Made by a program: the position numbers and the translations under genes. Below the pieces are notes generated by a model. It had not been told where the DNA came from. It ran no database searches and saw only the letters and a list, made by a program, of their open reading frames with translations. Below, one piece after another: positions 45,453 to 59,330 of a stretch of 64,000 bases of DNA (within the stretch, counting starts at the first letter, position 1; every line of letters starts with the position of its first letter). Source of the stretch: Oculina patagonica (taxonomy: Eukaryota). The stretch covers positions 15,562,001 through 15,626,000 of the forward strand of contig NC_135767.1 in the NCBI RefSeq assembly GCF_052425735.1. The letters are read 5' to 3'.

Positions 45453-47973
45453 TCGAATGTCAGACATGCATTAAAAAAAGCCGCACTGCCTGCTGTTTAA
45501 TATGGACAGCAAAGAGCCAGAGTTGTGTGTCGGTATTATGGAGATTTTAGATTATAGAAGTAGAGATTGTATGAATTTTGGTTTCTCTGGGACAAAGTGA
45601 GCTTTTTATAATATAGAGATGTTTGTATTATCAAGGTGTATGAAAGAAGAGGCTCAACTGTACCATAACAGGGTTCCAGTTAAGTTTTTAAGAAAAGCAC
45701 CAAACTATTCACCCTGCGAGCAGAGCCTCTTTTAACTTCCCTGCGGTTGAGATTTGGGAAGTAGAAAGAGGCTCTGCATAAATCGTGTCATTCCTTTGAA
45801 GTCACCACAGCCCCAAAGTTTGGGCTACTCAGCCCGTATAAAACTGGTCTTTGCTGCACGGGCATTGATTTTTTTGGAAAAACTGACAGTCGAGATGGAG
45901 CCCACAGTACGCTCTCGGCTCTCGTATGTGCAAGCCTCGCGTAAGCTTCGGCATGCTATACAAAATTTTGCCGCAATTCTTGCAGAGCCCTTCCTTGTCA
46001 AGTATAAGGTATCAGTGGAAAAGAAAGAGCTCTGCTCACAGGGTGCGAACTATTAGAACGTTGTGTTTTAATTTGCTGGGTCGGGTAGCTGCTATTGCTG
46101 GGTCTTTGAACTCCCCCCCCCCCCCAAAAAAAAAAAAAAAAAAAATTCTGGAACACTGCATCAATATTGTATATTTCTTACATTAGTATTACGATAGTTC
46201 TCTATCTCTAACATAAATTATTTATTGTGGTTTTGCATGCATTACTGTCAAATATACGTCTACAGTATGTGATCATATTCAGTAGTTTGTAATGCATTTC
46301 TCCTTATGATGTGGTTCCAGACCAAAATGGAACGTTTTATTTCGATTCGTTTCTTTCTTCAATTTTTTTAACGTTTTCTAACTCTTCATTTTTAGCCGGT
46401 TCATTTAGTGGCCAAATGAGTGTCATTCGATCAGTGCCTGTCCCTCCACCCACACTACCTGAGACATCACCGTCTGTCCAAAGACAGCCACCCAGTGAAG
46501 TCATAAGGAAGTGGAAGCCTTTTGGATATAGTAGGTCTTTCTGTTTTTCTAAACGTCAATGATCCATGTCATTTCCATCTGTGATACATACACCTTATTC
46601 AATGATTTGACAAATCATACGCGTGGACGTTTTTCTAGTTGCGTAGTATTTCTCGAGCAATGAGCAAAATGTTCGCTCGTATTTTAATTTATGTTAAAGT
46701 ATCGAATAAGGGATTTATTATTCCACTTTTTTCCCCACTAAGTTGGAGTACGTAAATATCCGTAAGTTTGTCTGTCCGTATTTTTGGCCTGTTCTACTGT
46801 GTAACAACGTGGCATATTTTGCGCGTTCTTTTGCCCTAATATGGAAAAATGGCGCAATAGTGTGATAATAAATACATGTTAATGTAATTTCCATTGGTTT
46901 GATTTCCGAATCCAGAGTTTTCTTTTCGCGTCATTGGTCAAAATAGGTCACATGTGTCGTCATGTGATTATTCCCCATCCCTTTGTAGAGAAACGAGTGC
47001 GTTGCCTTTTCTTTTCACGTGCTGCAGACCAATGAAAATGAACCAAAAATTGGCATGACCAATCAGTAACTGGAATTTTTAAGTCCTCAGCATCAAAATC
47101 TCCTCAAAATGTTAAATTTACTTCAAAACTTCAACCTGCGACAAACTATACACTTTTGAAGAGAAGCTTTATAGCCAAAAACTGACAACTATCAATAACA
47201 CACCTTTTATTATTTCAGCAGCTGCATGATGACCAAAAAGCCTGCAAATAAGGCTTAGAAACTAAATCGTATGACTTAACAACGTTATTTGCACTTCTGT
47301 ATATAAAATTGTAACAAAAATGCTTTTCTGTCAAACAGAGAAACCTGGACGAAAGTCGAAGCGCGAGGCAAACAAGACGAGAGACGATTTATCTGTAAAA
47401 GAAAAGAAAACTAAAGAACCAAACGAGAGTCCTAAAAATGGATCGCGAAAGCATAGCAAAGAACGGAAGGCAACGGATTTGGAAGAGACCATGAACAGTA
47501 ACGCGAGTCCAAAAAAGAAGGGTGACTCTCCGAAGAGGAAAAAGAAAAAAGACGAAGCAAAACATGAAGTTGATTTAACACGGGTAAAAATTGAACCTGA
47601 TGCAGATGGTAATTCGCACATCACGTCAAGAAATGGAGAACAGAGTTCACATTCTCCAAGGAAAAGGAAGGCGGAGAAGAACGAATCACAGCAAAGTAAC
47701 GCAGATCTTACGCTTACAACTAGCAAAAAAAAGAAGAAACTCAATAATTCTGATAGCGTGGACACAGTAGTAAAACAAGAGCCTGTTACGCCAGACAAAA
47801 ATTCATCACGTGATTCCAAGAGGCACCAAAATGCTGTTGCGGATAAGGGCGAGCCGATTCCTGTGAAACAAAAGAAGATTATAAGTAAAGAAGACTCTGA
47901 CTTATTGCGGGTTAAAATTGAACCCATAGAATCACATAAAAAGAAAAAACATTCAAAAACGAAAACATGCTAA
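41232..47973 (+). CDS. POLR1G: RNA polymerase I subunit RPA34/PAF49, 7 exons
   Basis: Exons 41232-41254, 42130-42253 (CPVGFEAV...LWLIKVPHD), 43181-43255 (FDVSSLSG), 44040-44090, 44850-44904, 46396-46530 (RKWKPFGY), 47339-47973 (Lys-rich tail); phases consistent. Confidence 0.75.
44412..44758 (-). mobile_element. tRNA-head-containing interspersed repeat with a direct-repeated segment; rearranged relative at ~56380-56680
   Basis: Minus-strand TAGCTCAGTTGG...GGTTTGATTCCC; ~80-bp direct repeat at 44412 and 44674. Confidence 0.6.
45161..45366 (+). mobile_element. tRNA-derived SINE
   Basis: A box TGGCGCAGTGG, B box GGTTCGATTCC; close copy at 63403-63600. Confidence 0.8.
45711..46045. mobile_element. 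MITE
   Basis: TIR ACCCTGCGAGCAGAGC / GCTCTGCTCACAGGGT. Confidence 0.6.
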
Positions 47974-48412
47974 TAAGCAATTGTAGCACTGAGCCCTTGT
48001 TAAATCTAGATAGCGTTATGTTTTTCTTTTTAAATTCTTTATTGCAACCCCTGTTTTGTTGTTTATTTTTCATTTGTCATTACAGCTGTGTTTCTTTGTT
48101 GATTTACTACATGTAAGTGTTATATTTGGGGCGTGCTGCAGTCAACAGTTTCCGCGAAACTTGCAATAATAAGCCAAGTTTGTTCCCGTTGTTTTTTGTT
48201 TTGTTTGTGTTTGTTGTTGATTGAAAAGGCGCTTTTGGTGGAGGCCAATGGGACTTGTTTATCGGATGGCCTCTATTTTGTTGCTTCTGAGCTTGGGGCT
48301 ACATTCTCACTTTCTTTTGGGTTTTTGCTTTTGTTTTGTTTTCTTTGTTTTTTTTTTTGTCTGTTTGTTAGTGATACGGCCCTGTTTCCATGAGACAGTT
48401 AACTGGAGACAG

Positions 48413-49347
48413 TTAACAACTCATCAACTGCTTAATCGAGTCCTTCGCGGCTTGTCTGACTTCTCTCATCCTCCAACAGTACAGAAATGGATTCAGGCAC
48501 GAATTTAGCAGAATAAGAGTTGCTGCTGCATCCCAAGCGAGGTTCAAGGAAGGCGTGCTTTCTCCAGTAACAACATATATAGCAATGACTATACCAAATG
48601 GAAGATAACAACCCAGAAGCGTCCTCTGCATGCACCCACATTGCAGTTGACACTGTCTTTCGGTATCGTCCTATATTCAGTGGAATTCCTCCTCCGTTCG
48701 GTTGCCCTTGGTGAACAACTGGTTGTACTTGAATTTGGTTACGAGTAAATTTTCGAGTAACAGAAGGCTGAAGTTGCAGTAGCCATTGACACTGACACGA
48801 AGATGATGCTAAAACTGATACGAAAGCTTTAAAAGAATAACATTGCCAGTGCAGTGCAAAAAAAAAAAAAAAAAAAAACACACAAAGTGCCAACAACAAT
48901 CCGCACTCTCTTCAGTGTTACCACCTCTCTGTACCTCAGCCCCAACAGCAAGGCGAGAAGTCTGTCTACACTTATTGCAGTGAGTGTGAACAGAGATACT
49001 CCACACAAAATTGAAGCTAGGGTATGAGAAATAATTTCTAAGTAATGACAATACTGCTTGGCTTGTTCTTTAGGCATCAAATAGGTACTGGCATAAACGG
49101 GCTCCGAAATAAGACCAACACAGAGATCGGTGCTTGCAAGACAACCAAACAAAAGTTTCGATGACGGATGAAGGGTTGACACCTTTCGGAGAGCAACAAT
49201 GATCAAAACATTCCCCAGAAATGCAGTGATGGCAAGAGGAATATTGAACGCTGGAATAATGATCTTCTGACGTGCATCGATAATATCATACCAGCAAACA
49301 AACTGTTGGATTGTTGTGTGATTTCCATCTTCAGTTGCGTTCACCAT
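48413..49347 (-). pseudogene. Intronless class A (rhodopsin-like) GPCR, frameshifted
   Basis: GNVLII, LASTD, ISVDRL, NSCLNPFLY distributed over three frames; shifts at the poly-T tract (~48860) and near 48630. Confidence 0.8.
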
Positions 49348-50675
49348 TTTTTTCGTGACTATTGCCGAGTTCGTACTGCTTGTGACAAGAGTGAATGCTC
49401 GGTTGTTGTTGTAAAAATTCTTTTGTTCAACACTTTTCCATTGTTTCGTCCAGTGGGTCCAACAGCACTGCTCTACTTATATTTCTTTCCTAATGAGTAA
49501 AATCGAGCGTTTCAGTGCAAAAAATAGTAAAACAAATTGCTATCCAAAGGAAGTCTTCTGATCTGAAAGTCACCCTTGAGTACAAGCGGGTTTCTTTGTC
49601 TAGCTATATAGGACGATCACTGAAGGATGCGTTTTACTGGTGTCATAACAACTACACACGACTGAAGTATAAACTAGTGAGTAGAGACACAAATACATTA
49701 ACCTTTCTCCCTTGCCTTGATTTACTGATCAGCCACTTTAATCTGAGACGCCTGTGCAACAAAAACAAGAAAAATCAGTGTACTGCGGTTATGTAAAAGG
49801 AATTTATTATGACCACAACACTTCTCCTCCGTTACACCCATGGAACCCGATAATGTTCCAACATGGTGTTTTGCATTCGAAATTTGTCAACTGCTGTGTT
49901 TTTGCGAATGCATAGTAACTAATTAACGACCTTTTTACATGATTCCGGAATGACATTCATTGAGGAACGAAACTCGTTCCGGAATGAAGTTCGTTCTGCA
50001 TTCACATAACAGCGTCGACGGGCTCAACCAAAGTTGAGCCGGTCGTCAAGTTTATAACTTGATTCGGTTTTCGTCTCCAACAAATTACCCTTCATTTAAT
50101 GATTTCATTTCGCAACACCAGAGACGACGTTTGTAGTTTTTTAGTTTTTATTTTTTGTTTAATTTTTTGAAAAAAGAAAAAGTGCAGTTCTGCTCTCAGA
50201 CGCGATGTCTAGTCGTGTCTGCTCGATTCGACATATCTTCAGTAAAATAACGTTCATATAAATTCTTGGCATTATGTACAAGTTTTGAGATTGAAACAAA
50301 GACAATTTCAGTATTTAATAACGATAAAATTGAGAATTTATCGTGGAAGAAAAAGCCAAATCGTTATTTTGTGACTAATCTAAACCTTTTAGCTAATAAC
50401 TATGGCGGTTTGTTATGGTTACGTTTTGCAGTTTCATGTCGCACCTGATTGGTCGCGAAACGGTAATCATTCCAGGCGTTTACCTCCGGGTTTTACTGTG
50501 AAACTTTAATTTTACTGGCTAAACAGGTGCTTCAAATCTTAAGTTAGCGATCAGAAAGCCACAGAACCTTCAGAAAAAGCAAGTTAAACTTCTTACCGCG
50601 ACTGACGTTTTTTTTCAATTTAACTTAACACACTCGAAATTTTCGTTGATCTTGCTTGTGGGAGTTTTGATTAAA

Positions 50676-50830
50676 GGTGGATTTCCACTGACGTGTAATT
50701 TTTTACTAGCGTTTACGTACGTGAAAAAAAATTAAAGAAAATGTATGCACGACTTGCGTACACGTTAACGCAAGTCGTTCATACATTGTCTCTATTTTTT
50801 TCACGCACGCAACTGCACGTAAAAAATTAC
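50676..50830. mobile_element. Short palindromic MITE
   Basis: GGATTTCCACTGACGTGTAATTTTTT / AAAAAATTACGTGTCAGTGGAAAACC. Confidence 0.6.
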
Positions 50831-51222
50831 GTGTCAGTGGAAAACCAGCATAATTGTCAAGTTTACTTTCCTTTCCGTTAAATTTTTACAACAAACCACT
50901 CTTCGATAAACTTTGCTGCTTAGCGTTTCGTAATGTTGAAGCTTGATATGATTTAAAATGGCATGTTTCATTTGTCAGAAAATCGTAAGAGACCCTTCTA
51001 GTGTAGACGGCCACGGTCCGGGTGATCTATACCTACGTGAAAATTATGTTTTAGGTAAAGACCCTCGAAAATTATTTCTGCGACAAATTCCACTCATTTA
51101 ATGTGTATTTGACAACACCTCAATTTCAACTATTCATGAGAGAGAATTGCACGATTTTTTTCCTCACTGCTAACTAAACGCACTTGTATTTAAACCCACT
51201 TTCTTGGTGATAATAGAAAGTA

Positions 51223-51714
51223 CAGTCGAAGCTCTCTTAACGGACACTCTCGTAAGCGGACAGCTCTACTTACGGCCGCCTTGTTTGAAACCCCGTTTTT
51301 AACTCCCATACAAACTCTGTATTTTTACATTCTCGTAAACGGACATTCCCGTAAGCGGCCGCGGACACTTTCAGAGATTACGACTTGGACTTTTTCTTTG
51401 TTTTTAAGCTCCCGTAAGCGGACGCCCCATTGAAAATGCTGTTACCAAACTCTATATCTTGTTTTTAACAGTCAACTTCACATCGCCGTTGAACACAATG
51501 ATTTTACAGTAATTACAGTACCATACTTCAGTGCTTGTTTTGTCGTCATCCACGTCCGTCAGGTTATTGTTAGCTGGGCAAGCTCCCGTAGGCGGCCATA
51601 TATCCCTTACACCTCAAGTGGCCGCTTACGAGAACCATTCTTGTAAGCGGCCAGCTCCAGTTACGGACACTTTTTTCGCGTCCCGAGGGTGTCCGCTTAC
51701 GAGAGCTTCGACTG
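51223..51714. mobile_element. Tc1/pogo-type MITE
   Basis: TA|CAGTCGAAGCTCTC...GAGAGCTTCGACTG|TA; internal CGTAAGCGG repeats. Confidence 0.8.
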
Positions 51715-53056
51715 TACTAGATTTTTAATGCGGAAATAACAGTCTCTGTTTTGAGGATGATTTTGCAAACATGCGAGCAAATGCAAATGAGAATTTTTGT
51801 GTGTGTGTTTAGAGCGTCTAATAACCGAGATAATCTGCCGCTCCGACCCGGGCGCTCCGATAACGAAACTAATAACTCTGGTATCCTTACTAGCATCTCA
51901 CATTTCTCACCGAGTGCATGCTTGTGGTTTAAACACATTGAGAAGGTTAAGCCAAGTTTCTACTTTGGCTATACTTTAATGATAGCCTTATCCTAAAATC
52001 GCGATTAGAAGAAGGAGCAGCGGCTCTTAGAATCAGACAATGCAGGTTTAGTTAAACTCTTAGCTACTCTGAGCCATTCGCTTTCTTTTGCATCTTTTTA
52101 TCCCCAAATCTTTGCTTGCATAATTGGAATGTTGGCAAATTAGTAACAAATGTTTTTCTGTTTAAAAATGCACTCACCTTTCTGAAGATTCCGTTTTCTT
52201 CTTTTAAAGTTGTCTCCTATAAGACAGGGTTACCCAAATTCGTGAGTGCGAGCTGGTCTTGTATTAAGTGTAGTATAGTGAGCAGTCGCTCAATGTTATG
52301 AAGTAGACATTTAAGAGCTCGCGCCAGCTGCAGTAAGCAATGGAGGATGCAGTAGGATGTTTAACAATAACGTCGATCTACCTGGTGCGTTTTTGACAGG
52401 TTTATAGAATTCGTCACATGTTCTATTCACTTTCGTGATCTTTCGTTTTTCCTGAAACGCCAAATGACTTATCGGAGAGTTCTTATGGGTTGGGGAATAA
52501 TGGCAAATTTTAATTTTTAATTGTCTATGCAAAATCACCAGCAGCGATCAAAACCAGCATGTATATTTTATTTACCCAATCATAATAAACTTCTATCAGT
52601 TTGTTCGTCAATTTCGTGAGGGACTCAAAATCACCATCAAATATTGTCTTTCCCTACCTATGTTGGAGGCGGTTCATTACCGCTTTCGTGTGATCACGAA
52701 ATAAAAACTATATTAAGCAAAGCTTGAGGCAATGTTTATAAAACACAACTAGCTTTGTGGACAGTCCACGGAAGTCAATATTCGCTTTTGGAAGATTAAA
52801 TAAATGCAAACGAGATAAAAATGCTGTTTTTGCTTAAAATTCTCTCACCAACGAAAAAAATAATAATCAGAAATTAAGTAACTTTTCTTTACTGATACCG
52901 TAGCACCTGTTCCAAGCAACTTTTAATATCAAACTTGTAATAAGTCACTGAATTTTCTTGTGTTTCAGTTTTGTTTAATAAAACAAACCAAAATGATTTC
53001 CAAACAATTTGCAGTTGCATGAGACGTAATACACCGCTCCAGGAAAATACTAAATT

Positions 53057-53691
53057 GGACGTTTTCACACTAGAAGACGCACAAATCGTCTAGACGGACA
53101 AGTCTTCTGACAATTTGTTCGTCTAGTGTGAGTTTAAGACGGCTTTTAGACGACTTGTCTGTCTAGACGACCAAGTCGTCTTCGAAACAATAACTTCCTA
53201 GATGGCCAAATCGACGGACAAATTCAGACGACGTGTACATCCAAAATCATGTTCCTCTTTCTTTCACACTAAGGCCATCCCCTTTTTTTTTTTTTTCGTT
53301 TATCGTCGTATGTGTTTTCTGATTTTGGGTCGGTCGGTCGGAATTAAAAAAAAAAAATTCAAAAAAAAAGTTGATAAGGAGTCTGGAACTAGGAGGCCCG
53401 GTACCTCAGCATAATGTCCGTGGAGCCTGGAAACAAGAAGACATGGTTACAAAGTCAACATGGCGGCAATGGAGGAAGGAAAAATCGACGTCGTGGTTAA
53501 ACTCAAACAAGAACAGCGTAAAAAGGATGAAACATTATTTAAAATAATGTGTCATTGCCTTCTATACCTTCTGTATAAATTTTTTTTTTTTTTGAAAACG
53601 CGAAAATCTGGGTCGGTCGGACGACGCTAAACAGAGAAAAAAAAGGGGATGGCCTAAGACGATTTGTCCGTCTCTAGTGTGAAAACGGCCA
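53057..53691. mobile_element. Harbinger-like MITE with nested MITE (~53272-53654)
   Basis: Outer CGTTTTCACACTAGA/TCTAGTGTGAAAACG; inner AGGCCATCCC/GGGATGGCCT with TAA flanks. Confidence 0.7.
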
Positions 53692-55352
53692 TTAATTCGA
53701 TCTTGCAGAACTCTGACGCGTTGACAAGTAGTTAAGGTTATTATCGACTGAATATTTTAATCTCGCATGTTTATATTGTCCTTTCTTGGTGAGCAGCAAT
53801 ATTAATTCTGGAGAGCACAACTTCTTTGTGTTTTTTCGTATCACTGATTTCGCACGGTAGGAGGTCAGTACGCGGGGTCCGCTTGGGGAAAGCCGGACCG
53901 CTGGAGCGCATGCAATTAGCCAATCAGAATCAAGGATTAAGGATTTTCCGGATCTCTGAGGTGCTTGAAAAATAATAATAATAACTAGTGGTAACCACAG
54001 GTTAGAAAGTGCGGGCCTAGATGCACTTAAAGATCCTTCACTGTCACCTTCACCTTACATGTGACAGAAGCGTCGATCTCATTAGACAAACTTTTGTGAT
54101 TTACACTTCGCATTTCTTCGCATTCTAATCGTTCTTTGTGGAGGAAAAAATTCTCAACTTTCGGATCCTTTTGCATTGTAGCCGTTCATGGTGGAAGAAC
54201 AAATAACTTAAGTCACCTCAGTTCACAGCAATAATTCCAACAGGTCGCGAAAATTTCTCAGACGGTGTCGATAAAATCACTGGACAAGAGACAGTTATTC
54301 CGAGTAGCGCGTCACGCAAGGAATGCATGATTTTATCGAACATGCGGTGTAATTGAGACGCGATTTTCCTCGGTTGGTGAACTTGCTATGTTGTCAGTGT
54401 TGTAAGGGATTTCTCGAGATCAATCGTTGTTTGAATCATTCGTTTTGCCGTGGTTTATCTGTAATGCAATCACAGTAAATCTTCTCAAAACCAACGCCGA
54501 AACAACGCCTGCAAAACGTAATGTTTTCAATCTTCCATGTGGCAGAAGCCTCGATCTTATGTGACACACTGTTGAGATTGACACATTGTTCGTGAAGAAC
54601 AGATTTTTTTAACTTCCGGTGTTTCGACAATCTGTTGTGATTGACACATTTTTCGCATTCTGATCGTTCTTAGTGGAAGAACAAAATTTTCAACTTCCGC
54701 TTTGCAGCTGGTCTTTATAAACGTGGCGCGCACGCGTAATACGCAATCCGCTGGTCACTGTCAAGATTAGGGTTGCGGGCCTCTCTTGGGCCCGCAATAA
54801 TAAACTTTATGAGGCTTTAAGAAAACTGAAAGAAAGCCGGCTATATCGAGAAATTGAAAACATGTTTTTGAAAACAATTCATAAATAAACTATTCTAATG
54901 AAAGGTCATATAAATCTATGACTTATTCCAAATACTCCAAAGCCTCGGCCAAAAACACCGCTGCGGACAATTATTTTTCCAAAGTTAGAAAATAAGCAAT
55001 TTATATTTGAAACGTCCCTGTAAGGCCTGATGTCCTCCAGTAAACAAAAGAAATATCTTGAGCAATCGAGAATTTCTCTCCAATTGCAAACATAAAACTC
55101 CAGGTGTTAAAAGGCATTGTTTGGTTTCCATTATTGTCACAATGAAGACAAAATATCCTGTTGAAACACCCATATTTCAATTTAAGGGGGCCAGCTTATA
55201 ACTATAATTTGCTCATTAATTGCAACTGCCTATAAAATTATTTGCGTTGAGTTTATCAACGATTGTTCTTAAAATAATTTAGCCGATCAAGCTAGGGTTT
55301 TTCTCTTTTATGTGATCAAAAAAGAAGAAGAAGACTTTTCGCTCACACATAC

Positions 55353-55720
55353 AGGCTCCGTCTACACTAACCCGGATAAATTTGAAAACGCATCTTTTTT
55401 TCTTTAGTTTGGTAAACAGTCCATACTAATCCAGACAAATTGTTCACCTAAAACGGAACTTTTCGATAACGCTCTTCAAAGTGGATTAATTTGAAAATGC
55501 CGGCTTTGCGTTTTTGTGTGGACGAAAAACATTTCGAAACGGCCGGAACTTTTCGAAAACGCTCCTCAAAGTAGGTATTTGAAAACGCATTTTATCCGTT
55601 TTTGACCAAAATAGATGCGTTTCCAAATTTCTCCGGACGAGTGTGGACCGAAAATATTTTATACGGCGTTTTCAAATTTCTCCGTTTTCTAATTTATTGG
55701 GGTTAATGTGGACGGGGCCT
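55353..55720. mobile_element. Harbinger-like MITE
   Basis: AGGCTCCGTCTACACTAACCC / GGGGTTAATGTGGACGGGGCCT; TTTGAAAACGC subrepeats. Confidence 0.6.
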
Positions 55721-57303
55721 CAGACGACTATCCGAGTTACATTTTTGTTTTTTAGAGATTCTATTTTTGTTAAAATTCCCCTGTATAGAATTGTAATATC
55801 AAGATTATACTTATAAGTACCTTTAAGAACCGTTGTCTCAGATCCTATGGTTGTCTTGTCCTTGGAAGTCTGAAGTAACTCAGTATTATGGGCATTTTAA
55901 TAGCTGGTTTTCATTTTCACGACACGAAAAAGTATTTAACCAAAATCATTGACCATGAATGTTTTTCTGTTGTATGATAGACGTGCTATACCTCTCTGGC
56001 AAAATACTGCACTAGACAGCATTCAATTACTTCTTGCAGAAAGTTAACGCCGTCGATAAGTATTTATCGAATTATCAGCTAAATAACATTCATATTTAAA
56101 CTCGTTGCAGGGGTATTTAATTTCTTTCCCATGCACTCCTAATTGACTGAGGCGAGAGGGACTTATCCTGGAAGATTAACGGGGGGGGGGGGGGGGGGAT
56201 TTAAATAAACGAACTAGACGAACCATTCCACCGTTTTACTGAATTGCAATACTGGTGATATGTCATGGAGGGGATATTAATATTGCGGCTAGCTGATTTT
56301 ATAAGTTCCTGTGATTACGTTATGTTAATCTCAATTCTCAATTCAAAACATATCGTCGACCATGAAAAGCGTTTTAAATAAAGATGGTAAATGTTAAGCT
56401 CGGTAATTAATAATGAAGATGAAGTATTCAACATGACAAGAGCATGGGACAAAGAAAAAATCTGAGTCGTCCCCGACGGGAATCGAACCCATGGCCTCCC
56501 AGATACCGTAGCTCAGTTGGTGTCATGTTAAATACTTCATCTTCATTAGTTATTACCGATCGAGCTTAAAATTTACCATCTTTATTATTTACTACAAACT
56601 TGATGATTTCGACATTGCTGATCGTGATCGTAGCAGTATGCAGGACGCGTGTCACTTATCAACCTAGTAAATGGCCCAGCTTCCGCCAGGACTGCCTTGA
56701 GAAGGATGTTTTTTTCCTGATGAATAGAATTTCAGTGCAAAAGATATAAAATCAAATCTTTATCCAAAGAGATAGCCATGTACAGTCAGTCGACACTCTT
56801 TCGATGAGGGTTTTGCATACGGGGGAGTACAACTTAAAAGGGTTCGATCGAGATACCCAGAGTTAGAAACTGGCACTCGTTTAGGTCGAACTGTGCACAG
56901 TTGGTCGGACTGTGTCGAATCACGTGACTCGGTCGCACATGGTTTGTCTTTGAAAGAGTTTCGTGTCGGGCGGATTGCGCTCGCCGTGTTGTTTTTTGCT
57001 ACAATTTTGTACTTTTCCCGTCGAAACCGCACAGAACATGTAAGTACGTATACAAATTTAGGTTTCACAGTTTCAATTTTTTCGAATGTGTTGTTAATTT
57101 AGGTTTTTTCTTGTTCAGTTTTTCACCGTATACGCGTAGGCGTAGATCGAGTTGATAAGCCGTGGAGATGTCTGTATTTGAAAGTTGTACACATTACGTC
57201 AAGCACCGCGATTTAAACGTTGAGTTTTACGACTACTCGTTGAAAAATATTGTCCCAAACAGTATCAATTTCTTAATGTTTTCTATGTAATAAAATAACG
57301 AGT

Positions 57304-57881
57304 AACGTAATGATTCGATTTAGCACCCTTCTTCCAATAAGCGCCTCCTTCCGAAGAAGCGCCCCCCCCCCTTTCGAATGTGTTTTTTGTCAATAAGCGC
57401 CACTATTCCAATAAGCGCCCCCATTCTAATTATCATCCCCATTCTTATAAGCGCCCCCATTCTTATAACCGCCCATATTTCTATAAGCGCCCCTATTGAG
57501 GATAACTTCCCCTACTAAAGTCACTGACGTCGAATAGGTAAACTCATGGACATTCACCGTACCTTACAGGTATATATTTCCTGCTAAAATGAACAATTCT
57601 TTTAAAAATAACTGAGCTTTCAAAAATCTGTTACTGTTACAGTTTCTGTTATTGTAAGTTATTTTAATATTTATTTAATAACAACAACAACAACAACAAC
57701 GACTTTATTCGCACTCATTAATTAAATTAAATTTACAATACAGATAAGAACAAGTTTTGTTTTGAACATTTGGTTGTTTCTCAAAAAAAAATTAAATAAG
57801 CGCCCTGTCCCGAATAAACGCTCTCCCTTGAGGTGCCAAAAGTAAATAAGCGCCCGGGCGCTAAATTGCATCATTACGGTA
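57304..57881. mobile_element. MITE with ATAAGCGCC subterminal repeats
   Basis: CGTAATGATTCGATTTAGCACCC / GGGCGCTAAATTGCATCATTACG. Confidence 0.6.
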
Positions 57882-58562
57882 TTTTAATGGATTTCTGCGG
57901 TTTTCTGTATATTTTTTACCGTTTTGCTGTTACTGAATTTTCAATGTTCCTTACTGATCACATTTTCTGAAAAAAAAAAAAAAATGTTTTCAGTTGTGCT
58001 CTTTTTTTCATTTAATCGAGTTTCGTTTAAATACAAATATATAAAAAGGTATATAGATATAAATGAAGATAAATTTCAACTCATCTGAGCTGGTATGAAT
58101 ATCATTCAAATACAGGAGGAGCAATGCATGGGGGACTTAAGATGGTTTCCGCCGAACATTCGAGCAATACAGGCAGAAATAAAGTTACCACAGAAATCTC
58201 ATAGCATGGTAACAGTTTGGGTATAGCTAATAAAAACCTACCAAAACTTTAGCTCTCAAGCTGGCCCCGCAGGAGAAAAATAGATTTAAAATGATCTACA
58301 TTTCAGTTGAAACGGACGTTTCACGCCAGTTTGAAACAAAATAGCGCGAGTTTTAAACATTTTAAAGACGTTTGACTATAATTTTCTCGAGAATGCTTAA
58401 GGGTTTAATCACGGGGTCGTCAAGACAAATAAATTTCAGTAAGATGTGTCAAATAGCATGTTAAATATCGTAAAAAATGTTGTTGTTAATCATCGTGGTA
58501 GAGTACAATAATAATAAAGTATTTTTCGTTTGTCTCACGACGTAGTGTCACTTGTGATGTAG

Positions 58563-58606
58563 ATCGCGACGTTTCGACTGCACACTGCTAGTCTTCATCA
58601 GGCGAT
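58563..58606 (-). ncRNA. Second copy of the hammerhead ribozyme
   Basis: Reverse complement of 61155-61198. Confidence 0.8.
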
Positions 58607-59330
58607 AAGGTCGACTGGTTGTGCGTGAACTTATAAAGCACGCTGCTGCGCTGTGATTGGTTGGTTTTCAACAGCTGTGATTGGTGCATTTCGATCCTCG
58701 CTGTTTCTGTGTCCTGTTGTTCCCTCAGCGGTCCGCTGTCGTACAGTTCTCCTGTTGTTGTGTTTTTTGATCGTGGGCATCCATGCTTCAGGAATTTCAA
58801 TTCCACTATCCATGTTGATATTATTAGGGTGAAGTCTTATGTGAATTGCCTCTTTGACCCTGCGTGTGTATGTACCAGTGTGGTTCACGATCAATAAACT
58901 TTACCTCATTCCAAAGCGGGTAGGGTCCGGTGTTGTGGGTGTGCTCTGAAACGGCGGAGGTCTGGATACGGGCGAGTCGGATGTCCCGGTCGTGTTCTTT
59001 GATTCTGTCTTGCATAGGTCTTCCAGTCTCGCCGATGTAAACTTTGCCGCACTCACAGAGAATTCTGTAAACAACGCCATCTTGTTTAGTCGGATCAACG
59101 GCGTCTTTCGGCCGTACTAGGTGTGATCTTAATGTAGTTTCCGACTTGAAAACAGCGCGTACGCCTTGTTGTTGTAGGCAGCGTCTAAGTTGTTCGGAAA
59201 GACCTTTGACATAGGGTAGAACCGCAGTAGATTTAAACTCGGTCGTAGGCTCAGCACTGGTGCTCGGCTTTCTGGTCTTGGTGATCTTCTGCAAGAAAGA
59301 AAAAGGATAACCATTAGAAACAAGAACAGA

